Source: Nannocystales bacterium
GTDB taxonomy: Bacteria; Myxococcota_A; Polyangia; Nannocystales; Nannocystaceae
Length of the DNA: 64,000 nt
Assembly (NCBI GenBank): GCA_050633305.1
Contig: JBOEGF010000014.1
Coordinates: forward strand, 32,001 to 96,000
Reading direction: 5' to 3'
In this document: one piece after another, positions 18,539-28,610 of the stretch
Numbering within the stretch: position 1 is the first letter of the stretch
Layout: each line of letters starts with the position of its first letter
The notes under the pieces: generated by a model
Seen by the model: only the letters and a program-made list of their open reading frames with translations
Told to the model about the DNA's origin: nothing
Databases searched by the model: none
Made by a program: the position numbers and the translations under genes

Positions 18539-19490
18539 GTCCGTGACCCTCCCCGTGGGCGTCAACGTAGCGGACGTAGAGTTCGTCCAGGTCGGGGTCG
18601 AACGGGCCGATGCTTCGGATTCGACCTCCCGCAGCGAGGGCCCCCTCGACGATGTGGTGCACCGCCGCGTCGAGGCCTTGGCCCTCTCGCAGCCGTACTC
18701 GCCAGGCTTTTCCAGTTCGCTCGCGTCCCACGAAGAGCTCCGGCGTGTCGAGAAATGCGTCGTCGTCCGGAGGCTCGGAGAACTCGACCGCAACAATCAT
18801 GGGCGCACCGAACTGTCGCTTGAGCTCGTCGAGCGTGCCGGTGGCCACCATGGAGCCCTGACGCACGACTCCAATACGGTCCGCGACGTCTTCGACATCG
18901 CTGAGAATGTGTGATGAGAAGATCACCGTGGTCCCCTCAGCCCGAACCTCGCGAATCACGTCCTTCACCACGTTGCGGCTGGCGGGATCGAGCCCCGAGA
19001 GCGGCTCGTCCAACACGAGGAGCTTGGGTCGATGCAGCATTGCCTGGACGAACCCCAGTTTTTGCTGCATCCCGCCGGAGAGCTGCTTGACCTTCTTGTG
19101 ACGCGAGTCGTTGAGTGAGAACCGCGTCAGTAGCCGGTCAAGTTCTGGGGCGATCGCCTCTCGCGTCATCCCGCTGAGCTCTCCGAGCGCGAACAATGCA
19201 CCCTCGGCGGTCCGCCAGGCGTGAAAACCAACCGCCTGTGGAAGGAAGCCGATCAGGTGGTGGGACTCGTCGCGCTGCGCCCCAACCTCGTGTCCTGCAA
19301 TGCGGAGCGTTCCCGTGAAGTCTCTGATGAGCCCGACGAGGACTCGGAGGGTTGTTGTCTTCCCTGCTCCGTTGGGGCCGATGTAGCCGAAAACCTCGCC
19401 GGGTTGCAGGGCAAACGTGATGTCGCTCAGCGCATGGACGGGCCCAAACCTCTTCCCGACGCCCTCGAACTCGACCAACGCTTCGCTCAT
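18531..19490 (-). CDS. ABC transporter ATP-binding protein
   Basis: GPNGAGKTT, LSGGMQQK, LVLDEP, SSH. Confidence 0.95.
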   Translation of the reverse strand: MSEALVEFEGVGKRFGPVHALSDITFALQPGEVFGYIGPNGAGKTTTLRVLVGLIRDFTGTLRIAGHEVGAQRDESHHLIGFLPQAVGFHAWRTAEGALFALGELSGMTREAIAPELDRLLTRFSLNDSRHKKVKQLSGGMQQKLGFVQAMLHRPKLLVLDEPLSGLDPASRNVVKDVIREVRAEGTTVIFSSHILSDVEDVADRIGVVRQGSMVATGTLDELKRQFGAPMIVAVEFSEPPDDDAFLDTPELFVGRERTGKAWRVRLREGQGLDAAVHHIVEGALAAGGRIRSIGPFDPDLDELYVRYVDAHGEGHGHA

Positions 19491-19597
19491 CGCGGTCCCC
19501 GAATACCACGGCCTACGACACGCGCTCATGAGTCTTCTGCGGATGCACGCACCCGCGGTAAGGCTGGGCCCGCTCGGAAGGCGCTACGGTCGGCAGC

Positions 19598-20647
19598 ATG
19601 CGCTACGCCACTATTGGACTCTCCGCCGTATGGACCGCTGTCGCAGTTTTGGGCGGATGCGGAGCCGATGAATCGACGGAGCCTGGCATCGAGGCCACCG
19701 CCACTTCGACCTCCGGAGGCGCCGAGACCTTGACTAGCACGTCGAGCGGTCAGGGCACGAGGGCGAGTACGGGTGAAGCGGGTCCGGCTTCGACCTCCGG
19801 CGAGGAGACCACGGTGGCCGAGACCATGGGTGCAGAGACGGGTGAGGTTGTTGTGGGCTATTCGCCGTGCTTGGCCGCTGGGTTTGACCAGGGGACGGAT
19901 CAAAGTGCGGCTGTCGGCCCCGGAGCCTTTCCGCAGGAGAACTCGGAGGTCTTCTCCAGGACGATCCACGACCACGCCCGAGCCTTCGACGGGACAGGGT
20001 CTGCGCAACTCGGGGTGGCCGAAGGCGCACAGGGATTTGGGCAGTTCGGCGGCATCCTCTACGTCGGCCAGGCGTGCGCGCCGACCGGGCGACTCGAGGC
20101 AGGAAGCGAGGTTTGGATCCGAGGACGCTATTTCGTTCCCTCCGACTGGGAATGGCTGGAGCCGGGCCACTCGAACAAGTTTTTGCGCCTACGGACCTTC
20201 ACCGCGAAGGGACCCTCGGCGGGCTACGACGACCTCTACGTCCAGCCCCACCCCGGGGATAATCTCGGCTTCCGGTTCATCTACGAGGGTGTTCAACAGT
20301 GGCGCGACATTCCGACTCCGGCCCCGTTCGCGGTCGATGAGTGGACCACGATCGAGTACTACGTCGCGTTCGACCACGTTACGGCGGCGGACGGTGGACA
20401 GGCCCGGGTTCGGGTGTGGCGCGACGGAGCGCTGCTGGCGGATATCGATGACCGGGCCACGCTGACCGAGGGCGGGTACGCGGACGACTTCCTGCTGTTC
20501 ACCTACTTTGGCAACGACGGGGCGCCCAAGGACCAACACTTGTGGGTCGACGACCTGGTCATCGCGACCGACCAAGACCCGCCCACGGCGGTCGACGCCG
20601 CGGGCAATGCGATGGTCGGTGCGGAGATCGTCGCCGCCGACTTCTAG
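19598..20647 (+). CDS. Lipoprotein with ConA/polysaccharide-lyase-like beta-sandwich
   Basis: Lipobox LGGC; WIRGRYFVPSDW...NKFLR...WTTIEYY...VRVWRDG...LWVDDLVI. Confidence 0.65.
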   Translation: MRYATIGLSAVWTAVAVLGGCGADESTEPGIEATATSTSGGAETLTSTSSGQGTRASTGEAGPASTSGEETTVAETMGAETGEVVVGYSPCLAAGFDQGTDQSAAVGPGAFPQENSEVFSRTIHDHARAFDGTGSAQLGVAEGAQGFGQFGGILYVGQACAPTGRLEAGSEVWIRGRYFVPSDWEWLEPGHSNKFLRLRTFTAKGPSAGYDDLYVQPHPGDNLGFRFIYEGVQQWRDIPTPAPFAVDEWTTIEYYVAFDHVTAADGGQARVRVWRDGALLADIDDRATLTEGGYADDFLLFTYFGNDGAPKDQHLWVDDLVIATDQDPPTAVDAAGNAMVGAEIVAADF

Positions 20648-20672
20648 CACGGTCGGTTGCCGCTCGGCTCGC

Positions 20673-22109
20673 TCAAGCGTCTTCAAACAACGCGTCGAGC
20701 GTGCCCTCGATCTCTCCGAGATTCTCGTTCACACCCACCGCTCGCATGGCGGTGTTCATCACCATGGCCGGGTGCAGGTCCTGTCCGCTGAGGTCGAGGT
20801 GCTGTCCGGGGACCAGCCCGCCGGAGCGTCCGGCCAGCATCATCACGGCATTGTCGACCGAGTGGTTGGAGTCGCCGCCGCCATCGCCCGACCGCATCGG
20901 GTCGGCGGACAGGCCTTTGCCTCCCTCCATCATGTACATCGCGGCGACGTTGTCGAGCATGGTCCCTGCGCCCTCGGGGATCTCCGCGAAGCTCGCGAGC
21001 ACGCGGGCATAGACATCCACGAACCAGCGGTTGGCAGCGTCGAGCTCGGCCTGTGGGGAAGCGTGCTGCACCTCGCCGTGCAGTCCTCCCACGTGGTTCC
21101 ATTGCTCGTGGCGCATCCCGGTACCGGTGAGTGCCGAGGCCCCACCGAGGGTCATCACCCGGGTCATGTCGCACGCGAAGGCCATCTGAATGAGGTCGAC
21201 GAAGAGCGCTGCACGAGCGTCTTGGTCGGGGAGGTCTTGTCCGAGGTCGGCTGGGTCGTCGGCGGGAAGCATCGGGTCTGCACAGCCCTCGCCCGTGGGC
21301 ACCGTATCCGCGAGGAGCCGCATCTCGAGCTCCCGTACCCGGGTGAGGTGCTGGTCCATCAGCTGCCGATCGGCGGCGCCCAGCTCGTTTTGGAGCATGG
21401 AGATCTGGTCTCCTGCGTAGGATAGGCTGCTGACCCGCAACCGTCGTTCCAGCTCGGCGGTGGGGTCGGGTTCGGCGTCCGGCGGCTGGAAGTTGGTGAA
21501 CAGGCTGAGGTACGCGAGCGCGGGCGAGACTTGCGGTGTGATGCCTCGGAAGACGATCGGGTCCTCGCCCTCGAATCCCTTCGTCTCCTCGTAGCAGAGC
21601 TTGTGCCCCTCCGGCTGGGAGTCGAGCTGATAGTAGAGATACGGGTGCACGGTTTGCCGGCCGATCGCAGCGGCGACGAGCTGGTCCGGGGACAAGCCCT
21701 GAGGGCGCCACGTGGTCCCCGAGAAGCCCGAGCGCAGACCCGTCAACAGCGCGAATGTGGCCTGCCCGTGATAGTCGACATTGTAGCCGCCGGGTACGTC
21801 CAATGGCGCCACGAACAAGCCCGAGATGACGCTGACCTCGTCCTTGATCCCGTGGTCCAGCAACGGTTGCAGCACGGGGCGGACGTCGTAGTCGAACCCC
21901 GGTTGGGTCGGCGTGAGTCCTTCCTCGGTCGAGCCGCTGACCACCAGCGCGGTGGGTGACTGACTGAGGAAGTAGCGACACGGGAGCTCGCCACCGTCGG
22001 CGAGCGCCTCCCCGTGGGAGTCGAGCATCAGCTCGAGCATCGGGAGGCCGAGCACGGTGCCGGCGGCTCCCCGCAAGAAGCGTCGACGACTGGATTTCGT
22101 GCGGCTCAT
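20673..22109 (-). CDS. DUF1552 domain protein
   Basis: Tat-like SRRRFLRG...LGLPMLE, SPDQLVA, HLTRVRELE, AFACDMTRV, GTMLDN; follows a DUF1592 gene. Confidence 0.85.
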   Translation of the reverse strand: MSRTKSSRRRFLRGAAGTVLGLPMLELMLDSHGEALADGGELPCRYFLSQSPTALVVSGSTEEGLTPTQPGFDYDVRPVLQPLLDHGIKDEVSVISGLFVAPLDVPGGYNVDYHGQATFALLTGLRSGFSGTTWRPQGLSPDQLVAAAIGRQTVHPYLYYQLDSQPEGHKLCYEETKGFEGEDPIVFRGITPQVSPALAYLSLFTNFQPPDAEPDPTAELERRLRVSSLSYAGDQISMLQNELGAADRQLMDQHLTRVRELEMRLLADTVPTGEGCADPMLPADDPADLGQDLPDQDARAALFVDLIQMAFACDMTRVMTLGGASALTGTGMRHEQWNHVGGLHGEVQHASPQAELDAANRWFVDVYARVLASFAEIPEGAGTMLDNVAAMYMMEGGKGLSADPMRSGDGGGDSNHSVDNAVMMLAGRSGGLVPGQHLDLSGQDLHPAMVMNTAMRAVGVNENLGEIEGTLDALFEDA

Positions 22110-23815
22110 CAGAGTGCCTCCTTGCGATAGCGGAACGCGGGATCTGTGACCGCCGCAACCATCAGGGCGCGGAAGTCCTGTTCATCGGATTCGAATGCCT
22201 CGACCAGTCGCTCGACCACGTCGTCTCGATCGCTCGAACTGCGGGTCGCGAACCGGCTGAGTTGGCGGACGCCGCACTGGGCGGCGAGCCCCGCCTCGTC
22301 CAACGCGCTCGCAAACTCTCGGGGGCCGGAGAAGGGCTGTCCCGCCACCGTTCCTTGAGCGGCGATGTTGCACTGCGGCTTGTCTGGCTCGGACTCCCGA
22401 TACTGGCCTAGCCCGTTGTAGCGTTCGAAGCCGAAGCCCAGCGGGTCGAGCTGTACGTGGCATCCGTTGCAGGAGCTGCCAGCGTTGCTATGCACCGCGT
22501 ACGCGTCGATCTTGCACTCGTCGTCCCCGACCTCGACGCCATCATCGACATCGACGTCGGGCGGAGGGGGCGGGATCGAGATGCACAGGATCCTCTGCGC
22601 GAGCATTGAGCCGCGCCGACTGGGGAGGGTCTTGGAGCCTTGCGTCGAACTCAGCGACAGGAAGCTCCCGTGCGAGAGCAAGCCCGCCCGGCCGTCGTCT
22701 CCATAGGTCACCCAGCCCGCTTCGGAGGGGACCTCGTCCAACCCATAGTGTTCCGCGAGTGAGGGGGTTACGAACGTCTCGGAGGAGGTGAGCAGGGTCG
22801 ACCACCGGGTGCCCGAACCGGAGAGCACCCTGTCGACGAGAGCATCGCTCTCCATTCGCATGTCGGTCGCCAATGCTTCATCGGTGACCAACAGCTCGTC
22901 ATAGCGCAGCCACAACGCGTGGAATGCCCGCATCTGTTCCTCGGCGCGAGGATCATCGATCGCCGCAAGCGCGAGTTCCTCGAGTGCGTCGTCGTCGATA
23001 TCGGGGCCCCCGGCGCGCTCCAGCATCTCGACGCTGGGACCTTGGCCCCACAGGAGAAACGACATCCGGCTGACGAGTTCGTAGTTGTCCAGGAATCGAA
23101 GGCCGTCCCCGGCATCCACACCCAACTCGTGGTGGTAGGCGAAGTACGGGCTCTGCAGCAGACCCTGTGTCACCATCCGGACCGCGAACTCGTGCCCGCC
23201 TTCTTCGCCGAACTCGGTCGCGGTGGCGAGCAGGACATCGACCTCTTCGGCCGTCAGTGGCCGCCGCCAAAGTCGTAGCCCCAGCCCGTCGATCAAGTTG
23301 CGCAGGCAGTCGGGGTCCCATGCTCCCTGCGGGGTGCAGCCTGCCATCGTCTCGACGCGGGTTGTGTCCGCCGCGAACTCCCTCGCGACATCGCCGGCCA
23401 TCGACTCCAGACCCTCGACGAACACCACACTTGGGTCCTTGGAAGCTGCGTGGGTGTCGTAGGCCTCAATCTCAGCGCCCGTGAGGGGGTCGACGACGGT
23501 CCGTGGGTCCTCGGGTAGGAAGCGCTCTGCTGCGCCTTCGATCCCGAAGAGGTCCTCCAAAGTCGCGTCGATCTCGCGTCGGGAGAGTCGCGGAAGCGCG
23601 GTCGTCTCCGGGATATCCAGCGCCTCGTCGGGGGTCTCGGGAATGCCACCGCTGTCGTCCGAGCCACTGTCAGACTGGCCGTCGCTCGTGCCTTCGCCGG
23701 AATCGGTCTCACCGCTGCCTGAGGCCTCAGTCGCGCCGCTGTAGCAGCCCCCACCCAGGGCTAGCAGGGTCGCGAGCGCCGTTTTCGCCCCTCTTGTCCT
23801 CGATCGAACCCCCAT
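22109..23815 (-). CDS. DUF1592/DUF1588 family (PSCyt-type) lipoprotein
   Basis: RLSRREIDATLEDL, WRRPLT, LLQSPYF, ELVSRMSFLLW, RAGLLSHGSFL, CNGCH, DPLGFGFERY. Confidence 0.88.
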   Translation of the reverse strand: MGVRSRTRGAKTALATLLALGGGCYSGATEASGSGETDSGEGTSDGQSDSGSDDSGGIPETPDEALDIPETTALPRLSRREIDATLEDLFGIEGAAERFLPEDPRTVVDPLTGAEIEAYDTHAASKDPSVVFVEGLESMAGDVAREFAADTTRVETMAGCTPQGAWDPDCLRNLIDGLGLRLWRRPLTAEEVDVLLATATEFGEEGGHEFAVRMVTQGLLQSPYFAYHHELGVDAGDGLRFLDNYELVSRMSFLLWGQGPSVEMLERAGGPDIDDDALEELALAAIDDPRAEEQMRAFHALWLRYDELLVTDEALATDMRMESDALVDRVLSGSGTRWSTLLTSSETFVTPSLAEHYGLDEVPSEAGWVTYGDDGRAGLLSHGSFLSLSSTQGSKTLPSRRGSMLAQRILCISIPPPPPDVDVDDGVEVGDDECKIDAYAVHSNAGSSCNGCHVQLDPLGFGFERYNGLGQYRESEPDKPQCNIAAQGTVAGQPFSGPREFASALDEAGLAAQCGVRQLSRFATRSSSDRDDVVERLVEAFESDEQDFRALMVAAVTDPAFRYRKEAL

Positions 23816-24024
23816 TCAGGAACTCTAGACTGGGCGGTGGGCTTGCGGTTCACCACTTTCTTCGATTTCGAAACGCACCGCCATTTGCGTGGCGACGATG
23901 GTCGATCCTGAACGGCGTCGTGGGAGGGAATTGTGCGTGCCCCACCTACGCGCGACGCGTTCGTGCCCCGTATCGTGCCGTCGATGTTGGGGGAGCTGTT
24001 GTCTCCGTCTGGTAGCGTGGATCG

Positions 24025-25317
24025 ATGGATCGTCGGCTGAGGATTTCGTGGGTCCTTTGGTTGGCCGCGTGCACCCCTGCTGAAACCCAAACTGCCTCGA
24101 AGTCGGATGATGTCCCCCAGAAGGTCGCGAAGGCTGGGACCCCCTCCGAGCGGAGTCCTGACGCACGGACGGTGGTCCCTCCCTCGCCAGAGCCCGAATC
24201 CGAGCTTGCCGAGTTGCCGACCGACCAGCCACCTCAGCGAGAACTGGAGGGGCTTCCGGAGCCCGTCGATCCGCAGGAGCCGAGTGAACCTGTCGCCGCA
24301 CCTGAGCCTGCCGAGCCCGTGGAGGTTCCGGTCTCTGACCCGTCTCGGAGCCCGAAGGCTGTCTCTTGGCGGACCGTGACCAACACCGCGGAGACCGTCT
24401 CCATGCTCTCGATCTCGCGAGGCGTTCTTGGGCAGGGGAAGAGCGGGTATTACGACGTCGACGCGAACGCGGCCTTTGTGCTTCGCCCTGAGATCAACGC
24501 GCCCAACGGGACGATTCTCGGACGCTGGCCCCGCAACGCCTGGGTCATCGAGGAACGCATCAAGAAGGTCCCCGGTGATCGGATGGACGAGGAGATCCGC
24601 CAGCTTCGACTGATGCGTCTTCGAGGAGAACGGCGCTGGGTGCCCCAGATGTACGAGGGCGAGCAGCGGTTCGAGGACGAAGGGCAGGCGTTTGTCGTCG
24701 GTACGAAGGGCGGAATGCTCGCCGAGGATGGCGGGTACATCGTGCGCGTCGCGGGGAACGCTGGTGACCCGGAGGTGGGCGTCGGGCGCTCGGGGGAACT
24801 TCTCGCGTTCTTCGAGACTGGGTCGGGGAGAATCTACACCGTGCGGCGCGATGGTGAAGCCGCCTACGTGCAGCGGAACTGCGAGGACACCGAATGTCGC
24901 GACCAAAACGCGATGAAGCTGCCGATCACGAAGTACTGGCAGTTTCCGATGTCAGCCGCACGCGGCAAGCACAGCATCAGTGTCGTTGCCAAGGTACGAG
25001 AGGATGGCGAAGACAAGCCGATGCTGCTCCACTACGGCGGCGGGAGCTGGAAGCTCGAGCGAATCGCGGCCGCGCCGGCTGGCCTTTGGGGCGCACGAGA
25101 TGGCGGACTGTGGGTAAACGTCGAGGGGGCGCTGGAATATCGTGCTCCCGATGGCCTCTGGCATTCCGTCGAGCTCCCCGAAGGTGCGACGACGATGACC
25201 GCAGCGGTCCGCGACGACTTGTCGGAGCTCTGGATCGCGACAGCCAGCGGGGAGGGAAGCACCATCTATGCGACGTCTGCCGTCCCCGAGCTGCCCCCCG
25301 CCGCACAGACGCCATGA
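24025..25317 (+). CDS. Lipoprotein, hypothetical (Pro/Glu linker, probable beta-propeller)
   Basis: Lipobox LAAC; PE-rich linker; Trp/Gly-rich repeats. Confidence 0.75.
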   Translation: MDRRLRISWVLWLAACTPAETQTASKSDDVPQKVAKAGTPSERSPDARTVVPPSPEPESELAELPTDQPPQRELEGLPEPVDPQEPSEPVAAPEPAEPVEVPVSDPSRSPKAVSWRTVTNTAETVSMLSISRGVLGQGKSGYYDVDANAAFVLRPEINAPNGTILGRWPRNAWVIEERIKKVPGDRMDEEIRQLRLMRLRGERRWVPQMYEGEQRFEDEGQAFVVGTKGGMLAEDGGYIVRVAGNAGDPEVGVGRSGELLAFFETGSGRIYTVRRDGEAAYVQRNCEDTECRDQNAMKLPITKYWQFPMSAARGKHSISVVAKVREDGEDKPMLLHYGGGSWKLERIAAAPAGLWGARDGGLWVNVEGALEYRAPDGLWHSVELPEGATTMTAAVRDDLSELWIATASGEGSTIYATSAVPELPPAAQTP

Positions 25318-26348
25318 GGAGGTTCGTGTGGGCAACGCTTGTCTGCCTCGGGTGTGATGCGAACGAGCCCCACATCGGTGCCTCGCCCGCTGCGCGATCG
25401 GGAGTTCACTCCCCGGACCAGGAGTGCGGCGCGTGTCACCGAGTCGCAAGGGCACAGTGGGCTCGATCGCGTCACCGTCACGCATTCACAAACCCCGACT
25501 TTCAGCGGTCCTATGCGCGCGAGCCCGAGCCGTTCTGCCGCGAGTGCCACGCCCCAGGGACGAAAGAGGTGGGCTCCGAGCATGCGGCCGCGGCCGAGCG
25601 CAGGGGCATCGGCTGTCGCGACTGCCATGGCGCAGGGCCTGCCGTTCTGACGGGCCCGGGTGCTGGGGTCGATGCACCACACGAGGTCGTTCGCTTGGAC
25701 GGCTTCGGAACGCAGAGCTGTGCACGCTGTCACGAGTTCGCCTTTCCGGAGTCGAGTCGACGCCCGGCGGGCCTGCTGATGCAGAGCACGATGCTCGAGC
25801 ACGCGCAGTCCCAGTTCGCTGAGCAGTCGTGCGCGTCGTGTCATCTTCGGTCGGGCAAGCTCGCCGCCGTCGATCACTCGCTCGCGTCGACGCGAAACCC
25901 CGATGCATGGCGCCGCGCGCTCGAGGTCGAAACACGGGCTGAGGGCGATGGCGTCGCCTTCACGCTTCGGCCGATCGGGGTTGGCCACGCTCTGCCGACG
26001 GGGGACCTCTTTCGTAGGCTCGCGCTCCACGTTGAATGGTGGGTCGACGAACAGCACGTCACTTCGGTGACCCGGTATCTCGCCCGCCATTTCGAACCCT
26101 GGCGTCACGACAACGGCCAGCTCAACCCCGCCTACGCATGGCCGGTCCGCGACGACCGGGTGTTCGCAGAGACGGAGGTCTTCGTCGAGATCGAGCCGGA
26201 GACCTCTGCCGACGGGGAATGGCGGTGGTGGGTCGACATTCAGCGTGTCGACGCCCGCGAAGACGACCGACCTGAAGACGCGACGATCGCGAGCGCGGTA
26301 CGGATCGCTGAGGGACGGATCGCTGCCTCCGCCGACGACGGGACCTGA
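25314..26348 (+). CDS. Multiheme cytochrome c (c554-like), lipoprotein
   Basis: Five CxxCH motifs (CGACH, CRECH, CRDCH, CARCH, CASCH), WARSRH, GHALPTGD; ATGA overlap with upstream gene. Confidence 0.88.
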   Translation: MRRFVWATLVCLGCDANEPHIGASPAARSGVHSPDQECGACHRVARAQWARSRHRHAFTNPDFQRSYAREPEPFCRECHAPGTKEVGSEHAAAAERRGIGCRDCHGAGPAVLTGPGAGVDAPHEVVRLDGFGTQSCARCHEFAFPESSRRPAGLLMQSTMLEHAQSQFAEQSCASCHLRSGKLAAVDHSLASTRNPDAWRRALEVETRAEGDGVAFTLRPIGVGHALPTGDLFRRLALHVEWWVDEQHVTSVTRYLARHFEPWRHDNGQLNPAYAWPVRDDRVFAETEVFVEIEPETSADGEWRWWVDIQRVDAREDDRPEDATIASAVRIAEGRIAASADDGT

Positions 26349-26351
26349 GGC

Positions 26352-26897
26352 CTACTTGCTCTGCGCGGAGATCTCGGCGCTTGCGGAGAACTTCAGCTTT
26401 GAGCCAAAGACGCGCCGCAGGTGGTCCTCGTCGCCCTCGTCCTTCCGATGATGAAAGAAGTAGATCTGCACGCGCCGGTTTTGCGCTTTGCCGTCTTCAT
26501 CTTCGTTGTTGGCCAGTGGTCGTTCTTCGCCGTAGTAGGCAAGGCGCGTTCTGTCGGAGACCTCGAGTTCGGAGAGTTCCTCGAGTTGGACCTGAATCTC
26601 TGCAGCGCGGCGGAACGCCAGGTCTCGATTGTACTCCGGGTCGCCGTCGGAGTCGGTATGTCCGACGATCACGGCGCGCAGCCAGGGGTCCGCATCGAGA
26701 GCGGCTGCAGCCGAGGCCAACGTGTCAGTTTGTCCCTTGAGAGGTTGCTCCGCGGCCGATGCGAAGTAGACATAGGAGGCACTCGGTTCTGGATTCGCAC
26801 CTGTCGTTCCCTGTGTCGCGCACGCCACACTGCTCCACAGCGCCAGCACAAAAAAGCAGTTTCGTATCCCGGTACGTTTCGACGTCGTCATCTGCAT
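26352..26897 (-). CDS. OmpA-family peptidoglycan-binding lipoprotein
   Basis: GHTDSDG..EYNRDLAFRRA, YGEERP, QNRRV; GGAGG RBS upstream. Confidence 0.88.
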   Translation of the reverse strand: MQMTTSKRTGIRNCFFVLALWSSVACATQGTTGANPEPSASYVYFASAAEQPLKGQTDTLASAAAALDADPWLRAVIVGHTDSDGDPEYNRDLAFRRAAEIQVQLEELSELEVSDRTRLAYYGEERPLANNEDEDGKAQNRRVQIYFFHHRKDEGDEDHLRRVFGSKLKFSASAEISAQSK

Positions 26898-27128
26898 CCC
26901 TCCTGGAATCTCGTCGGAGGTCCTATCACGGGGAAGACACCTACGCTGTACCTCGCGCGTACTCCGAGGCACGGTAGCGTGAACGTCGTTTCTGTCGTAA
27001 GTGCCGGCGCCTCATGAGAGAGAACGGCGTGTCCTTCTCGAACATTGTGGCCCAGAGCCAACGTCCGCGGCCCCGATCGATAGTGGAGAACCGAGCACAC
27101 ACGGGCCGCCCAATGGGCCCGAGGTGAC

Positions 27129-28610
27129 TCACCCGTCTTCGTGGACGAAATGCTCGCGGGGTCGAATCGTCGTCCACCGTTCGAACGCCTTGTCCGTATC
27201 CGCGTTCTTCTCGCCGAGCTTTTCGAACAGGTAGTCCTGGATGCCCTTGTGCACCATGCAGATGTTGTTGTCGGGCATGTGCCCGTAGATCGAGCCCTGC
27301 GTCTTGAGGTTGTGGGCGGGAACCGTGCCGCAGTACGGGTTGTAGGCGCACTGCTCGCAGTCTGGTTGACCGTCGAGGTTGGACGCCAAGGCCACCGCGC
27401 GCACGGTCTCGTGCCCCATCAGTTCTCGGTAGCTGCTGTCGTTGACGTGTCCGAGCTTGAGCGCGTCGTCCCCCATCGCGGCGAGCATCCGGCCTTCGTC
27501 GCAGGTGTAGATGCTTCCGTCGTAGTTGTAGGCGAGCGCTCCGATTCCGGTCCCCGATGGGCTACGCAAGTCGAGGAAGTTGGGGTCGGTACCCTGAAGG
27601 ATCTTGGTCAGGAAGATACTCGCGTAGCGTTCGAGAATCTCGACTCCCTGGGCATTGAGTTCGAGGATGTAGTCGACAGCACGCCGATAAAACTCGAGGT
27701 AGTCACTGCGCGGATACTCGATCTTCAGCCGAGTCCGTTCGGCAAACCCAAACGGGTCGACGGGACGCAGGAAGATCGTCTTGCAACCCAAGGCCACGTA
27801 GGTGTCGATGATCTCCTTGTGCTGGGCGAGCGAACTCTTGGTGAGCGTGAGCAGGGCCTCGACGTGATAGAGGGTCTTGTCGAGACCCATTTCGCCGTAG
27901 CGCTCGTTGATGCGGCGGATCCAGTACCGCGCCTTCTGAAAGGCATCGAGGGTATTGAGCTTGCGTTGCGAGTTGTGGAGCTTCTCGGGCCCGTCGATGC
28001 TCGTGCACATCTGGACCTTGTGCTCGAGCAAGAAGTCGAGCTTGTCCTCGGTCATCAGCGACATGTTGCTGACCATCGTGAACTCGAGACGCTTGCCCAC
28101 GTCTGCGTTCTTCTTCAGCGCGTACTCCACGACGTGCTTGACGACCTCGAAGTTGACCAACGGCTCACCCCCCTGGAACTCGATCGTGACGAAGGAGTTG
28201 GTGCTGGCGAGGATGATGTCGACCGCCTTCTCGGCGGTCTCCTTGGACATGTCCGTCTGGACCTGGTCCATGTTGGCGCGCGATGCATGGCAGTACAGGC
28301 ACGTCTCGTTGCAGCGCAGGGTGACGACCAGCATGTGCAGCAGGGGACCCTGGTCGAGGAAGTGCTTGCGCTCGCGCAGCGCGGCGGCTGCCTCGTGAAC
28401 CCGGTAGGTCTCGCGCAGGAAGTTGCGTTGTTCCAGCCGCGTCCACAGTTCGCTGTCGCGAGGAACGGTGCCTTCGACAAAGTCGCGGAACTCGCCAGGG
28501 GGGAGGATGAGGTGGTTGCCCTCGAAGTTGGTCAGCACCACCTTGCCCGCCACCGTGCGGTGACGGAAGTAGGCCGGGAATCCGATGTTGGGTCGCAGCG
28601 GGGCGTTCAC
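27129..28610 (-). CDS. hxsB: His-Xaa-Ser system radical SAM/SPASM maturase HxsB
   Basis: LHMLVVTLRCNETCLYCHAS, TIEFQGGEPL, CTSIDGP, IFLRPVDPFGFA, DLRSPSG, YNYDGSIYTCDEGRML, CEQCAYNPYCG, all characteristic of HxsB. Confidence 0.88.
   Translation of the reverse strand: MNAPLRPNIGFPAYFRHRTVAGKVVLTNFEGNHLILPPGEFRDFVEGTVPRDSELWTRLEQRNFLRETYRVHEAAAALRERKHFLDQGPLLHMLVVTLRCNETCLYCHASRANMDQVQTDMSKETAEKAVDIILASTNSFVTIEFQGGEPLVNFEVVKHVVEYALKKNADVGKRLEFTMVSNMSLMTEDKLDFLLEHKVQMCTSIDGPEKLHNSQRKLNTLDAFQKARYWIRRINERYGEMGLDKTLYHVEALLTLTKSSLAQHKEIIDTYVALGCKTIFLRPVDPFGFAERTRLKIEYPRSDYLEFYRRAVDYILELNAQGVEILERYASIFLTKILQGTDPNFLDLRSPSGTGIGALAYNYDGSIYTCDEGRMLAAMGDDALKLGHVNDSSYRELMGHETVRAVALASNLDGQPDCEQCAYNPYCGTVPAHNLKTQGSIYGHMPDNNICMVHKGIQDYLFEKLGEKNADTDKAFERWTTIRPREHFVHEDG

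Noticed and set aside
26898..27128. Precursor peptide or ncRNA downstream of hxsB
   Set aside because: Short frames here have no His-Xaa-Ser repeats or convincing start signals, and I saw no clear RNA structure; likely the promoter region of the OmpA gene.
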